A stretch of DNA of 64,000 nt from an uncultured Alphaproteobacteria bacterium (GTDB lineage: Bacteria > Pseudomonadota > Alphaproteobacteria > Rhizobiales > Xanthobacteraceae). The position numbers and the translations under genes were made by a program. Positions 10,640 to 21,420 of this stretch are shown piece by piece. Under the pieces are notes generated by a model that saw nothing but the letters and a program-made list of their open reading frames with translations, ran no database searches and was not told the origin of the DNA. Position 1 is the first letter of the stretch; the number at the start of each line of letters is the position of its first letter. The stretch lies in contig CAVVIM010000004.1 of assembly GCA_963748165.1 (NCBI GenBank), positions 1,318-65,317 on the forward strand. The letters are read 5' to 3'.

Positions 10640-11440
10640 ATGCACGAGACCACCTATCACCGGCCCTCCAGCGTCGACGAAGCGGCGGCGCTGTTCGCCA
10701 AGGGTTCCGACGCCAAATATCTCGCCGGCGGCCATACGCTGCTGCCGGTGATGAAACAGCGCCTCGCCTCGCCCTCGGACGTGATCGACCTCGCCCGGAT
10801 CAAGGACCTGGTCGGAATCGAATCCTCCGGCGACACGCTTACCATCAAGGCGGCAACCACCTACTTCGCCATTCTGAGCAGCGCGGAGGTCAAGAAGGCG
10901 ATTCCGGCGCTGGTTTCGCTGACCACTGTGCTCGGCGATCCGGCGGTGCGCTATCGCGGCACCATCGGCGGCTCGATCGCCAACAACGATCCGGCCGCGG
11001 ATTACCCGGCCGCGGTGCTGGCGCTGGGCGCGACGATCAAGACCAACAAGCGCGCCATCGCCGCGGACCAGTTCTTCCAGGGCCTGTTCTCGACCGCGCT
11101 GGAGGACGGCGAAATCATCACCCAGATTTCGTTCCCGATCCCCGCCAAGGCCGGTTACTCGAAAATGCGGCACCCGGCCTCGCGCTTCGCGCTGACCGCG
11201 GTGTTCGTGGCGAAGACCAAGGCGGGCGATGTGCGCGCCGCCGCCACCGGCGCCTCGCAGAACGGCGTGATGCGCCTGCCGGCGATCGAGGCCGCACTGA
11301 AGGCCAATTGGTCGCCGGGCGCGCTCGACAGCGTCAAGATCGCCGCCGATGGCCTGCTCGCCGATATTCACGGCTCGGCGGCCTATCGCGCCAACCTGAT
11401 CAAGGTGATGGCACAGCGCGCGGTCGCCGACGCCGGCTGA
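10640..11440 (+). CDS. coxM: FAD-binding medium subunit (CoxM-like)
   Basis: ATG at 10640 follows GAGGGAGAA. HRPSSVDEAAALF...AGGHTLLPVMKQRL and GTIGGSIANNDPAADYP are typical of the FAD-binding molybdopterin dehydrogenase subunit. Confidence 0.88.
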   Translation: MHETTYHRPSSVDEAAALFAKGSDAKYLAGGHTLLPVMKQRLASPSDVIDLARIKDLVGIESSGDTLTIKAATTYFAILSSAEVKKAIPALVSLTTVLGDPAVRYRGTIGGSIANNDPAADYPAAVLALGATIKTNKRAIAADQFFQGLFSTALEDGEIITQISFPIPAKAGYSKMRHPASRFALTAVFVAKTKAGDVRAAATGASQNGVMRLPAIEAALKANWSPGALDSVKIAADGLLADIHGSAAYRANLIKVMAQRAVADAG

Positions 11441-11469
11441 CCGCGCGTCCCGCGCAAGATGCGGCAAGC

Positions 11470-11500
11470 GGCGCGCAACCCTGCGCGCCGTTTTGCATTT
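11470..11500 (+). terminator. rho-independent terminator after coxM
   Basis: GGCGCGCA-ACCC-TGCGCGCC stem-loop (11470-11489) followed by GTTTTGCATTT. Confidence 0.7.
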
Positions 11501-11607
11501 GGCCGCAGGCGCCGGGCAAAAGCCGCTTGCCAGCTTTCCTGCAAGGCGTAACGTTTTGACCAGCAGAAATCGGTACGCCGCCCCTTTTCATCACCGGGAA
11601 ACCCAAC

Positions 11608-12720
11608 GTGCTCGACAAGCCAGCTCCTCAGTCCGCCACCCGCATTTCCGGCCCGCTCGCCGGTTTTCGCATTGTCGAATTTGCCGGCATCGGACCGGGG
11701 CCGTTCGCCTGCATGATGCTGGCCGACATGGGCGCCGATGTCGTCACGCTGGACCGGATCGGCGCCAAGAAAACCCTCAAATCGGTGGCCGGTCGCGGCC
11801 GCAAGGTGATCGAACTCGACCTCAAGGACAAGGCCGCCATCGCGCAGGCGCTCGATCTGCTCGGCCATGCCGATGCGCTGATCGAGGGTTTTCGTCCCGG
11901 CGTGATGGAGCGGCTCGGGCTCGGGCCTGAACCGGTGCTGGCGCGCAATCCGCGCCTGGTCTACGGCCGCATGACCGGATGGGGCCAAGAGGGTCCGCTG
12001 GCACAGGCCGCCGGCCACGACATCAACTACATTTCGGTCACCGGCGCGCTGGCCGCGATCGGCGGCAAGGACAAGCCGGTGCCGCCGCTCAATCTGGTCG
12101 GCGATTTCGGCGGCGGCGCGCTTTACCTCGTGGTCGGCGTGCTCGCCGCACTGCTGGAAGCCGCGCAATCCGGCAAGGGCCAGGTGGTCGACGCCGCAAT
12201 GTGCGACGGTGCGGCCTCGCTGATGTCGATGTTTTTCGACATGGCGGCGGCCGGCCGCTGGACCGAGCAGCGCGACAGCAATTTCCTCGACGGCGGCGCG
12301 CATTTCTATGGCGTCTACGAATGCTCCTGCGGCCGGTTCATTTCGATCGGCTCGATCGAGCCGCAATTCTACGCACTGCTGCGCCAGCATGCCGGCCTTT
12401 CCGACGCCGACTTCGACGCGCAGATGGACCGCGACGCCTGGCCGGCGCTGAAACAAAGACTGGCGCAGGTGTTCAAGACCAAATCCCGCGACGAGTGGTG
12501 CGGCATCATGGAAGGCAGCGACATCTGCTTCGCGCCGGTGCTCACCATGAGCGAGGCGCCCGGCCATCCGCACATGGCCGCGCGCGAGATCTTCGTCACC
12601 CGCCACGGCGTCACCCAGCCCGCCCCGGCACCGCGCTTCTCGCGCACGCCATCGGCGATCCGCGATGCCGCCAAGGCCGATATCGCCGAGGTGGCGGCGG
12701 CGTGGAAGACGAAGAGGTAG
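11608..12720 (+). CDS. family III CoA-transferase (CaiB/BaiF; alpha-methylacyl-CoA racemase-like)
   Basis: 370 aa. [32 protein letters not shown]...[15 protein letters not shown]...[17 protein letters not shown] is the typical N-terminal pattern of the family. GTG start. Confidence 0.85.
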   Translation: MLDKPAPQSATRISGPLAGFRIVEFAGIGPGPFACMMLADMGADVVTLDRIGAKKTLKSVAGRGRKVIELDLKDKAAIAQALDLLGHADALIEGFRPGVMERLGLGPEPVLARNPRLVYGRMTGWGQEGPLAQAAGHDINYISVTGALAAIGGKDKPVPPLNLVGDFGGGALYLVVGVLAALLEAAQSGKGQVVDAAMCDGAASLMSMFFDMAAAGRWTEQRDSNFLDGGAHFYGVYECSCGRFISIGSIEPQFYALLRQHAGLSDADFDAQMDRDAWPALKQRLAQVFKTKSRDEWCGIMEGSDICFAPVLTMSEAPGHPHMAAREIFVTRHGVTQPAPAPRFSRTPSAIRDAAKADIAEVAAAWKTKR

Positions 12721-12723
12721 CCG

Positions 12724-12800
12724 TAGTAGTAGGGTGGGCCAAGCGCAGCGTGCCCACCGTTTCAGTCGCGGTGGGCACGCTTCGCTTTGTCTACCCTACC
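12724..12800. repeat. REP family C copy 1 (GGGTGGGC...GTGCCCACC...GGTGGGCACGC...GCTTTGTCTACCCTAC)
   Basis: A second, longer copy in the same orientation lies at 14960-15086. It contains the inverted GTGCCCACC / GGTGGGCAC arms. Confidence 0.8.
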
Positions 12801-12825
12801 GTCTGGTGCTAACGCACCGTCCCGG

Positions 12826-13944
<1,119 letters not shown>

Positions 13945-14066
13945 GGCGAATCTCCTGCTGCTGGCGTTGGCGTATTTTCGGCCATTTTGGGCGCAAAGTG
14001 CGTGCAAAACGGCAGCAAATTCGCTAGAATGATGCATGTTCTGTGCATGGATTGCGATGTTTACGC

Positions 14067-14543
14067 ATGATCCCGGTAGACGCCTTTGACCTGAAAATGC
14101 TGGCGGCGCTGCAGGATGACGGCCGCCTGACCAACCAGCAATTGGCCGATCTCGTCGGGCTGTCGGCCTCGCAATGCTCGCGGCGCCGCATGCGGCTCGA
14201 AGCCGAGCAGGTGATCGCCGGCTATCATGCCGATCTCGCCGCCGAGGCGCTCGGCTTCAACCTGATCGCCTTCATCCACATTACGCTGGCGACCCATTCG
14301 CCCGACAATGCCAAGCGGTTTCGCGCGCTGGTCAACCGTGTCGACGAAATCCAGGAGGCCTATTCGCTCACCGGCGACGCCGACTATGTGCTGAAGGTGG
14401 TGCTGCGCGACCTCAAGAGCCTGTCCGATATCGTCAACAATGTGCTGATGCCGCACCCGAGCGTGGCGCATGTGCGCTCCTCGATCGTGCTGGATCGCCT
14501 GAAGCAAAGCGCCAGGCTGCCGCTTGCGGCGCTGCCGCGCTAG
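14067..14543 (+). CDS. Lrp/AsnC family transcriptional regulator
   Basis: DAFDLKMLAALQDDGRLTNQQLADLVGLSASQCSRRRMRLE (HTH) followed by an AsnC-type ligand domain. It is divergent from hppD. Confidence 0.88.
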   Translation: MIPVDAFDLKMLAALQDDGRLTNQQLADLVGLSASQCSRRRMRLEAEQVIAGYHADLAAEALGFNLIAFIHITLATHSPDNAKRFRALVNRVDEIQEAYSLTGDADYVLKVVLRDLKSLSDIVNNVLMPHPSVAHVRSSIVLDRLKQSARLPLAALPR

Positions 14544-14636
14544 CATCGGCATGTCCGGAAACGAGGGAGATTTGTCATTCGCATGCCGAGGCGGATTTGC
14601 CATGATCGGCTTCGGCTGACCCGGCGAGAGACGTCC

Positions 14637-14948
14637 ATGGCGCTGCAACTCCGACCGAACTGCGAATTTTGCGACCGCGACCTGCCGCCGAATGCAACGG
14701 AGGCCCGCATCTGCAGCTATGAGTGCACGTTCTGCGCCGACTGCGTCGAGAACAGGCTCGACAATGTCTGCCCGAACTGCGGCGGCGGCTTCGCGCCACG
14801 GCCGATCCGTCCGGCCAGGGAGTGGCGGCCGGGCGCGTCGGCCGCCAAGCAGCCGCCGTCCGAGAAGCGCGTCCATCTGAAGTACGGCCGTGACGACGTC
14901 GCCGCGCATTCCGCCCGCATTCGCGGCATTGCGCCGCAGGATCGGTGA
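14637..14948 (+). CDS. DUF1272 domain protein (Cys-rich, zinc-ribbon-like)
   Basis: MALQLRPNCEFCDRDLPPNATEARICSYECTFCADCVENRLDNVCPNCGGGFAPRPIRP matches the DUF1272 pattern as I recall it. ATG at 14637. Confidence 0.75.
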   Translation: MALQLRPNCEFCDRDLPPNATEARICSYECTFCADCVENRLDNVCPNCGGGFAPRPIRPAREWRPGASAAKQPPSEKRVHLKYGRDDVAAHSARIRGIAPQDR

Positions 14949-14959
14949 GCGAGGAGTCG

Positions 14960-15086
14960 GTCGGGTGGGCCAAGGCGCTCTTGCGCCGTGCCCACCGATC
15001 CTTCGTTTAAGCCGACCGTTGGTGGGCACGCGGAGTCTGTCATCGGGCGCGCATTCGCGCGACCCGTTGGCTTTGTCTACCCTACG
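14960..15086. repeat. REP family C copy 2
   Basis: GGGTGGGCCAAGG...GTGCCCACC...GGTGGGCACGC...GGCTTTGTCTACCCTAC, in the same orientation as the copy at 12724-12800. Confidence 0.8.
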
Positions 15087-15200
15087 CACCAAACGCTGGC
15101 ATTGCGAGCGCAAGCAAAGCAACCCATCGTCAGGGACGAAGAGCGTGGATTGCTTCGTCGCTTACGCTCCTCGCAATAACGGGGAGGCGAGCGACGCCAA

Positions 15201-16514
15201 TCACTCCGCCGGCAGGATGGTGCCCTCGACCTCGCCGAACCCGATGCGGTAGCCGTTGCCCTGGCACCAGCCGCGCATCGCAAGCGAATCGCCGTCCTCG
15301 AGAAATGTTCGCCTGATGCCGTCGGCGAGTTCGACCGGCTCGGCGCCGTTCCAGCTAATTTCGAGCAGGCTGCCGCGCTGATGCTTTTCCGGTCCGCTGA
15401 TGGTGCCGCTGCCCAGGAGATCACCGACATTCATGGCGCAGCCGCTGGAGGCGTGGTGCACCAATTGCTGGACCGACGACCAGTACATGTATTTGAAATT
15501 GGTGCGGCAGATATTGGCGGCCGCGTTCATGGTCGCCGCACGCAAGACCACCTCGAGCTCGAGATCGTAATTGTTGGGCTGCGCCTGCCTCAGATACGGC
15601 AACGGCACCGGATCCTGCGCCGGCCCCGGCATCCGGAACGGCTGCAGCGCCTCGCGCGTCACGATCCAGGGACTGATCGAGGTCGCGAACGCCTTGGCCT
15701 GGAACGGTCCGAGCGGCACATATTCCCATTGCTGGATATCGCGCGCGCTCCAGTCGTTGAGCAGCGTGAAGCCGAAGATCATCCGCTCCGCCTGCGCCTC
15801 GCTGAGCATCTCGCCGATCGCCGACGATTGTCCGATCACCACACCCATTTCGAGTTCGAAGTCGAGACGCTTGCACGGCCCGAAGCTCGGCAGCTCGACA
15901 TTCGGCGGTTTCAACTGGCCGCGCGGCCGGCGTACCGCGGTGCCGCTGACCACCACGGTGGAGGCGCGCCCGTTATACCCGATCGGCATATGCAGCCAGT
16001 TCGGCTGCAGCGCGTTGTCCTTGCCGCGGAACATGACGCCGACATTGGTGGCGTGCTCCTTCGACGAATAGAAGTCGGTGTAACCGGCGACGGCAATCGG
16101 CAGATGCAGCTTCGCATCCGCCATCGGCACCAGCGCACGCGCGCGCAATTCCGCATTGTCGCGCAGTTCCGGGTTGTCATGGCGCAGCAACTCGCTGATC
16201 CGCGCCCGGGTGCGCGACCACGCGTTCGGCCCCAGTGCCATGAACGGATTGAGCATCGGCGCCGAAAACACCCCGAGTTCGCCGACATCCAGCCGCCCGT
16301 CCTGCTCGAGCTCCCAGAGGTCGAGCACATGGTCGCCGATCGCGACCCCGACCCGCGGCGCCAGGCCGTCCCTGGACGAAAACACGCCATAGGGAAGATT
16401 CTGGATCGGGAAATCGGAGGCGGGATCGACCTCGACGAAGGAACGAAGCGCGGGATCGTTGGGATGGGGCAAGATTTCTGGTCCTTGTGTTTCGAGGAAC
16501 CCATTCACCATCAT
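15201..16514 (-). CDS. fahA: fumarylacetoacetase
   Basis: DFPIQNLPYGVF...GYTDFYSSKEHATNVG...HMPIGYNGRASTVVVSG...FGFTLLNDWSARDIQQWEYVPLGPF are FAH hallmarks. The start is ambiguous. ATG-ATG at 16514/16511 lies inside the REP A arm, and an alternative TTG at 16472 (MPHPNDPALRSF) follows AAGGA. Confidence 0.9.
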   Translation of the reverse strand: MMVNGFLETQGPEILPHPNDPALRSFVEVDPASDFPIQNLPYGVFSSRDGLAPRVGVAIGDHVLDLWELEQDGRLDVGELGVFSAPMLNPFMALGPNAWSRTRARISELLRHDNPELRDNAELRARALVPMADAKLHLPIAVAGYTDFYSSKEHATNVGVMFRGKDNALQPNWLHMPIGYNGRASTVVVSGTAVRRPRGQLKPPNVELPSFGPCKRLDFELEMGVVIGQSSAIGEMLSEAQAERMIFGFTLLNDWSARDIQQWEYVPLGPFQAKAFATSISPWIVTREALQPFRMPGPAQDPVPLPYLRQAQPNNYDLELEVVLRAATMNAAANICRTNFKYMYWSSVQQLVHHASSGCAMNVGDLLGSGTISGPEKHQRGSLLEISWNGAEPVELADGIRRTFLEDGDSLAMRGWCQGNGYRIGFGEVEGTILPAE

Positions 16515-16612
16515 TCCGGGATGGTCCGAAGGACCAGACCTCAGATGCGCAATCGCGCAGCGGGGAATCTCGAGATTCCGGGCTCGACGCTGGCGCGTCG
16601 CCCCGGAATGTC
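16512..16612. repeat. REP family A copy 2, in the hmgA-fahA intercistronic region
   Basis: CATTCCGGG...GGGGAATCTCGAGATTCCGGGCTCGACGC...CCCCGGAATG. It fills almost the whole gap between the hmgA stop (16621) and the fahA start. Confidence 0.85.
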
Positions 16613-16620
16613 GTGGAAAA

Positions 16621-17967
16621 TCACCGCCGGTTCGGATCGAAGCGCTTTTCCAGGCCCTTCCAGCAATCGGCGTAATCGTCCTGCAGGGTCGGCGAATTGG
16701 CGGCATGGGCGGTGATGCGTTGCGGATAGCGCGTCTCGAACATGAAGGCCATGGTCCCTGTCAGCTTGACCGGCTTGAGCTCGGTGTTGCTGGCGTGATC
16801 GAAGGCCTCGCGATCCGGGCCATGCGGCAGCATGCAATTATGCAGCGAGATGCCGCCGGGGGTAAAACCCTGCGGCTTGGCGTCATAGACCCCGTAGATC
16901 AGCCCCATGAACTCCGACATGATGTTCATGTGGTACCAGGGCGGACGGAACGTGTTCTCCGCCACCGCCCAGCGCTCCGGAAAGATCACGAAATCGATAT
17001 TGGCGGTGCCCGCGGTTTCCGACGGCGAGGTCAGCACGGTGAAGATCGAGGGATCGGGATGGTCGAAGCCGATCGCGCCGATCGGCGAAAAGCTCCGCAG
17101 GTCGTATTTGTAGGGCGCATAATTGCCGTGCCAGGCCACCACATCGATCGGCGAGTGCGGCAGCCTGGTCGCAAACAGCGCGCCGCCCCATTTCACGAAC
17201 AGTTCGGTCGGCGTGTCCTTGTCCTCATAGGCCGCGACCGGGGTGAGGAAGTCGCGCGCATTGGCCAGGCAATTGGCGCCGATCGGTCCGCGCTCCGGCA
17301 GCGTGAAGGCGCCGCCATAATTCTCGCAGAGATAGCCGCGCGCGGGGCCGGAGGGAATCTCGACCCGGAATTTCACCCCGCGCGGAATCACCGCGATTTC
17401 GCCGGGCTCGGCGTCAATGCGGCCGAACTCGGTGACGAAGCGCAGATTGCCCTGCTGCGGCACGAACAGCATCTCGCCGTCGGCATTGTAGAAATGCTGA
17501 TCGACCATCGAGCGGGTGATCAGATAGACATGCGCGGCCATCCCGGCCTGGGTGTTGACGTCGCCGGCCGTGGTCATGGTCTGCACGCCGTGCAGGAAAG
17601 TCAGGTCCGCTTTCGGGATCGGCGCCGGATCCCAGCGCAGTTGCGCGATCGGCAGTTCGACCTCGTGACACGGCGCCGAGCGCCACAGCCCGGCATCGAC
17701 CTTGGCAAAGCGACCCGAATGCCGGACCGACGGACGGATCCGATACAGCCATGAGCGCTCGTTGCTGCCGCGCGGCGCCGTGAAGGGCGAGCCGGACAAT
17801 TGCTCGGCGTAAAGCCCGTAGGCGCAGCGCTGCGGCGAATTGCGTCCGATCGGCAGGGCGCCCGGCAGCGCCTCGGTCTCAAAGCTGTTGCCGAAGCCGG
17901 ACATGTAGCCCGGCGTGATGCTGACGACGCTGCGGTTGATGGTGTCCGGCGAGGCGTTGATATTCAT
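16621..17967 (-). CDS. hmgA: homogentisate 1,2-dioxygenase
   Basis: [46 protein letters not shown]...[24 protein letters not shown]...[15 protein letters not shown] are HGD hallmarks. The ATG at 17967 lies 6 nt after AAGGAGG, so the long ORF start at 18585 is rejected. Confidence 0.93.
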   Translation of the reverse strand: MNINASPDTINRSVVSITPGYMSGFGNSFETEALPGALPIGRNSPQRCAYGLYAEQLSGSPFTAPRGSNERSWLYRIRPSVRHSGRFAKVDAGLWRSAPCHEVELPIAQLRWDPAPIPKADLTFLHGVQTMTTAGDVNTQAGMAAHVYLITRSMVDQHFYNADGEMLFVPQQGNLRFVTEFGRIDAEPGEIAVIPRGVKFRVEIPSGPARGYLCENYGGAFTLPERGPIGANCLANARDFLTPVAAYEDKDTPTELFVKWGGALFATRLPHSPIDVVAWHGNYAPYKYDLRSFSPIGAIGFDHPDPSIFTVLTSPSETAGTANIDFVIFPERWAVAENTFRPPWYHMNIMSEFMGLIYGVYDAKPQGFTPGGISLHNCMLPHGPDREAFDHASNTELKPVKLTGTMAFMFETRYPQRITAHAANSPTLQDDYADCWKGLEKRFDPNRR

Positions 17968-17969
17968 GG

Positions 17970-18923
17970 TCATCCTCCTTGCAGGCTGGCCCACATTTCG
18001 CGGTCGCGCGTGTCGGTCCAGATCACGGGATCGTCGATACCCGAGGCTTCGTCGAAGGCGCGCGAGACGTTGAACGGCAGGCAATGCTCGTAGATGGCGA
18101 AGCCGGAAAACTTCGGATCCATCACCTCGCGGGCCGCCGCCATGGTATCCCTGAGAGTGCGTCCCTTCGCCACCGCGGTTTCCGCCGCGCCGTACAGGGT
18201 GGTGACAAAGTCGCGCGTCATCGCGATGGCTTCGCGCCCGGTTGCCAGCCCCTTCAGCGCATCGCCCCGCCCCGGCGCGATCGCCCTGGGATTGAAGGCG
18301 CGAATTTCGTTCAGCGTCGCCGGCCATTCGCGCAGATGCGCGTCGCCGCAATAACAGGCCGAATGATATTCGATCAGGTCGCCGGAAAACATCACCTCGG
18401 CGTCCGGCACCCACGCCACGATATCGCCGGAGGTGTGCCCGGCACCGAGCTGCAGCAGCCGCACTTCGCGCTTTCCCAGATAGATCGACATCTCGCCTTC
18501 GAAGGTCAGGGTCGGCCAGGTCAGGCCGGGAATGCTGCCGGCATCCTGGAACAGGCGCGGAAAGCGGCCATATTCGGAATCCCAATCCTGCTGGCCACGC
18601 TCCCCGACCAGCCGGTAGGTTTCCTGCGAGGCGACGATCGCCTGGGCCTGGTAGGCGGACGCGCCCAGCACCCGCACCGCATGATAGTGCGACAGCACGA
18701 CATATTTGATCGGCTTGTCGGTGACCGTGCGCACCCGCTCGATCACCTTGTTGGCCATCGCCGGCGTCGCCTGCGCGTCGAACACCATGCAGCCGTCGTC
18801 GCCGACGATCACCGCGGAATTGGGATCGCCTTCGGCGGTGAAAGCGTAGAGGTCGGTGCCGATCTCGGAGAAGGTGACTTTCTTCTCCGCCATGTCGGAG
18901 GTCGATGCAAATCCCTTGGCCAT
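17970..18923 (-). CDS. MBL-fold metallo-hydrolase
   Basis: The HxHxD-like motif is [10 protein letters not shown], followed later by GAGHTSGD. Its stop lies 2 nt before the hmgA ATG, and the hmgA RBS sits inside its 3' end. The start is ATG 18923 or TTG 18926. Confidence 0.8.
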   Translation of the reverse strand: MAKGFASTSDMAEKKVTFSEIGTDLYAFTAEGDPNSAVIVGDDGCMVFDAQATPAMANKVIERVRTVTDKPIKYVVLSHYHAVRVLGASAYQAQAIVASQETYRLVGERGQQDWDSEYGRFPRLFQDAGSIPGLTWPTLTFEGEMSIYLGKREVRLLQLGAGHTSGDIVAWVPDAEVMFSGDLIEYHSACYCGDAHLREWPATLNEIRAFNPRAIAPGRGDALKGLATGREAIAMTRDFVTTLYGAAETAVAKGRTLRDTMAAAREVMDPKFSGFAIYEHCLPFNVSRAFDEASGIDDPVIWTDTRDREMWASLQGG

Positions 18924-18944
18924 CAATTGGATTTCCCTCTGGCT

Positions 18945-19172
18945 TTATTGCTGTTGCTGTTGCTGCTGCTGGCTCGGATCGAGCGTCCGCCGCCGTGCCA
19001 GCGCGATCGCCTCGCGCAGCACGTCGAGGTCGCCGATGTGATTGGCGAGGATCAGGACCAGGGCGGCGTCGAGATCGGCGCTCTCGGAGTCGCTCAGTCC
19101 ACGATGGGCTTCGACGATGGCGCGAAACGCGTCATCGGGCCGGGCGAAATTCGAACTGGTCGACAATGCCAT
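18945..19172 (-). CDS. DUF2783-type small protein with a C-terminal Q8 tract
   Basis: 75 aa ([62 protein letters not shown]...). GAGGTG precedes the ATG at 19172. It starts 10 nt after the monooxygenase stop. Confidence 0.7.
   Translation of the reverse strand: MALSTSSNFARPDDAFRAIVEAHRGLSDSESADLDAALVLILANHIGDLDVLREAIALARRRTLDPSQQQQQQQQ
18948..18971 (-). repeat. (CAG/CAA)x8 trinucleotide tract encoding the terminal QQQQQQQQ
   Basis: The plus strand reads TTGCTGTTGCTGTTGCTGCTGCTG immediately before the stop codon. Confidence 0.95.
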
Positions 19173-19182
19173 GGGCGTCACC

Positions 19183-20799
19183 TCAGATCGTGCCGGTCGC
19201 CCGCGCCAGCGCGGCGTCGAGCGCGGCCCGCGTCGGCTGCCGGAAACGCGCGGCGACATAGCCGTCGGGCCGCAACAGATAGGCGGTGCCCGGTTTGGCG
19301 TCGTAGCGCGCGGCCGCCAGCCCCGCGCAATCGGAAAAGCCGTCGCTGCCGCCGATCCGGATCACTCCGACGCCAGCAGGCGGATCGACCGCGGCGCCAT
19401 TGCTGAATTCCAGCAGCGTGAACCGCGTTCCAGCCCTGATAAAGGCTTCCGTCAAAAATGTAGCGGCTCCGGCAGCCCCGGCAAGGGGCGCATCGAGCAT
19501 CGAAGCTCCGGCCTGCGGGCCGCCGCGCCAGTCGTCGCGGTCCGCCGTCGACAGCGGCGAGTGATAGATCGAGGGCACCGACAGCCGCCCGGCATTGATC
19601 ATGCGCTTGCCGAATTCGGTTTCTCTCGCCAGCGACAGCACCGCCTTGCGCAGCCGCGCCTCCTGGGCGGAAACCGGCGCCATGAAATCGGTCGAGCGGG
19701 TCGATTCGCGGATGTTCTCGTCGGCGGCAGTGCCGCGTTCGACATGGTAACTGTCGAGCAGGGTTTCCGGCGACGTCCGCCGCAGCACGCGGTCGAGCTT
19801 CCAGGCCAGATTCTCGGCGTCCTCCAGCCCCGAATTGGCGCCCCTCGCCCCGAACGGCGAGACCTGATGCGCCGCGTCGCCAGCAAACATCACCCGGCCA
19901 TGGATGAATTTTTCCATCCGGCGGCACTGGAACTTGTAGAGCGATATCCATTCGAAATCGAACTGATCGTGGCCCAGCATGCGCGCGATCCGCGGCCGCA
20001 CCTGGTCCGGGCGCTTCTCGATCGCCGGATCCGCATCCGGATCGAGTTGCAGATCGATCCGCCAGATGTTGTCAGGCTGCTTGTGCAGCAAAGCGGAGCG
20101 CCCGGCATGAAACGGCGGATCGAACCAGAACCACCGCTCGGTGGGAAACTCCGCCGTCATCCTGACGTCGGCGATCAGGAACTGATCCTCGAACACCTGC
20201 CCGGTGAATTCCGCGCCCACCATTTGCCGCAGCGACGACCGCGCGCCGTCGCAAGCCACGACATAGTTCGCGCGCACCCGGTACGACCCCTCCGGGGTTT
20301 CGATCGCCAGCACCACGTGGTCGTTGCGCTGTTGCAGTGCGGTCACCTTGTTGCGCCAGCGCAGGTCGATCGCGGCAAGTTGCTGCGTGCGGTCCACCAG
20401 ATAGGCTTCGGCGTAGAATTGCTGGAGATTGATGAAGGCCGGCCGCCGGTGCCCGTCCTCCGGCAGCAGGTTGAATTGGTAAAGCTGGGAGTTGCCGTGA
20501 AAGATCCTGCCGACGCTCCACACCACGCCCTTCTCGACCATGCGGCTGCCAACCCCCAGCCGGTCCCAGAATTCGAGCGAACGTTTGGAAAAGCAGATCG
20601 CGCGCGACCCTTCGCCGATCCGGTCGGCGTCGTCGAGCAGCAGAACCGGCTGGCCGCGCTGCGCCAGATCGATCGCAAGCGACAGCCCGACCGGCCCGGC
20701 ACCCACCACCACCACCGGATGTTCAGCCGCATCGGCGGCATCGCGATCCTGATCGCGATGTCGCCGGTAGCCGAACTGGATGTTGGATGGCTGCGTCAT
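19183..20799 (-). CDS. FAD-dependent aromatic-ring monooxygenase (group A flavoprotein hydroxylase, PheA/TfdB/MhpA-like)
   Basis: Contains GxGxxG (VVVVGAGPVGLSLAIDLAQRG), the DG motif (ACDGARSSLRQ) and the GD motif (FAGDAAHQVSPFGARGANSGLEDAENLAWKL). ATG at 20799. Confidence 0.88.
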   Translation of the reverse strand: MTQPSNIQFGYRRHRDQDRDAADAAEHPVVVVGAGPVGLSLAIDLAQRGQPVLLLDDADRIGEGSRAICFSKRSLEFWDRLGVGSRMVEKGVVWSVGRIFHGNSQLYQFNLLPEDGHRRPAFINLQQFYAEAYLVDRTQQLAAIDLRWRNKVTALQQRNDHVVLAIETPEGSYRVRANYVVACDGARSSLRQMVGAEFTGQVFEDQFLIADVRMTAEFPTERWFWFDPPFHAGRSALLHKQPDNIWRIDLQLDPDADPAIEKRPDQVRPRIARMLGHDQFDFEWISLYKFQCRRMEKFIHGRVMFAGDAAHQVSPFGARGANSGLEDAENLAWKLDRVLRRTSPETLLDSYHVERGTAADENIRESTRSTDFMAPVSAQEARLRKAVLSLARETEFGKRMINAGRLSVPSIYHSPLSTADRDDWRGGPQAGASMLDAPLAGAAGAATFLTEAFIRAGTRFTLLEFSNGAAVDPPAGVGVIRIGGSDGFSDCAGLAAARYDAKPGTAYLLRPDGYVAARFRQPTRAALDAALARATGTI

Positions 20800-20854
20800 G
20801 CGCTCACATCGCTTCCCGGAGGACTTCGCGCTGGCCAAGCGACCGCGGCCCCGC

Positions 20855-20882
20855 TAAGATAGTCTCATCTGCAACTATCTAA
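20855..20882. promoter_or_regulatory. palindromic candidate MarR operator (TAAGATAGT-N10-ACTATCTAA)
   Basis: A 9-bp inverted repeat with one mismatch, located in the 113-bp divergent region between the monooxygenase operon and the MarR gene. Confidence 0.4.
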
Positions 20883-20912
20883 ACTCCGCGGGCGTTCCGG
20901 CGTCAACTCAAA

Positions 20913-21401
20913 TTGGAGCGATTTTTGCCAAAACTCGACCTCTTCAGGTTCGTGCCCTTCCGCCTCAACCGGCTCGCGGCCGAGGTCAGCGCGGCACTTT
21001 CGGTCGAATATCAGCAGCGATACGGGCTCGATATCCCGGAATGGCGGGTACTGGCCACGCTCGGTTTCCGCCAGGATGCCTGCAGCGCGCAATTCATCGC
21101 CCATTGCACCCGGACCCACAAATCCACCATCAGCCGCGCCGTCACCGCGCTGACGCGGCGGCAATTGGTGGAACGCGTCGCCAATGCGGATGACCGCCGC
21201 GAATTCCGGCTGCGCATGACGCGCAAGGGCCGCGCGCTCTACGAGGAACTGATCCCGCGCCTGCTGCGCCGGGAACAGCAGATCCTGTCCTGCCTGTCCG
21301 CACGCGAACGCCGGGAGTTCGCGCTGCTGCTGGGCAAGATCGAGCATAGCCTCGATCTGGTGCAGACCAGCGCGGCCGCCAGCGCGAAAGAGGCGTATTG
21401 A
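20913..21401 (+). CDS. MarR family transcriptional regulator
   Basis: LDIPEWRVLATLG...STISRAVTALTRRQLVERVANADDRREFRLRMTRKGRALYE is a winged-helix MarR pattern. The start is TTG at 20913 or TTG at 20925. Confidence 0.88.
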   Translation: MERFLPKLDLFRFVPFRLNRLAAEVSAALSVEYQQRYGLDIPEWRVLATLGFRQDACSAQFIAHCTRTHKSTISRAVTALTRRQLVERVANADDRREFRLRMTRKGRALYEELIPRLLRREQQILSCLSARERREFALLLGKIEHSLDLVQTSAAASAKEAY

Positions 21402-21420
21402 GGTTTATCCGTCACCAGCG

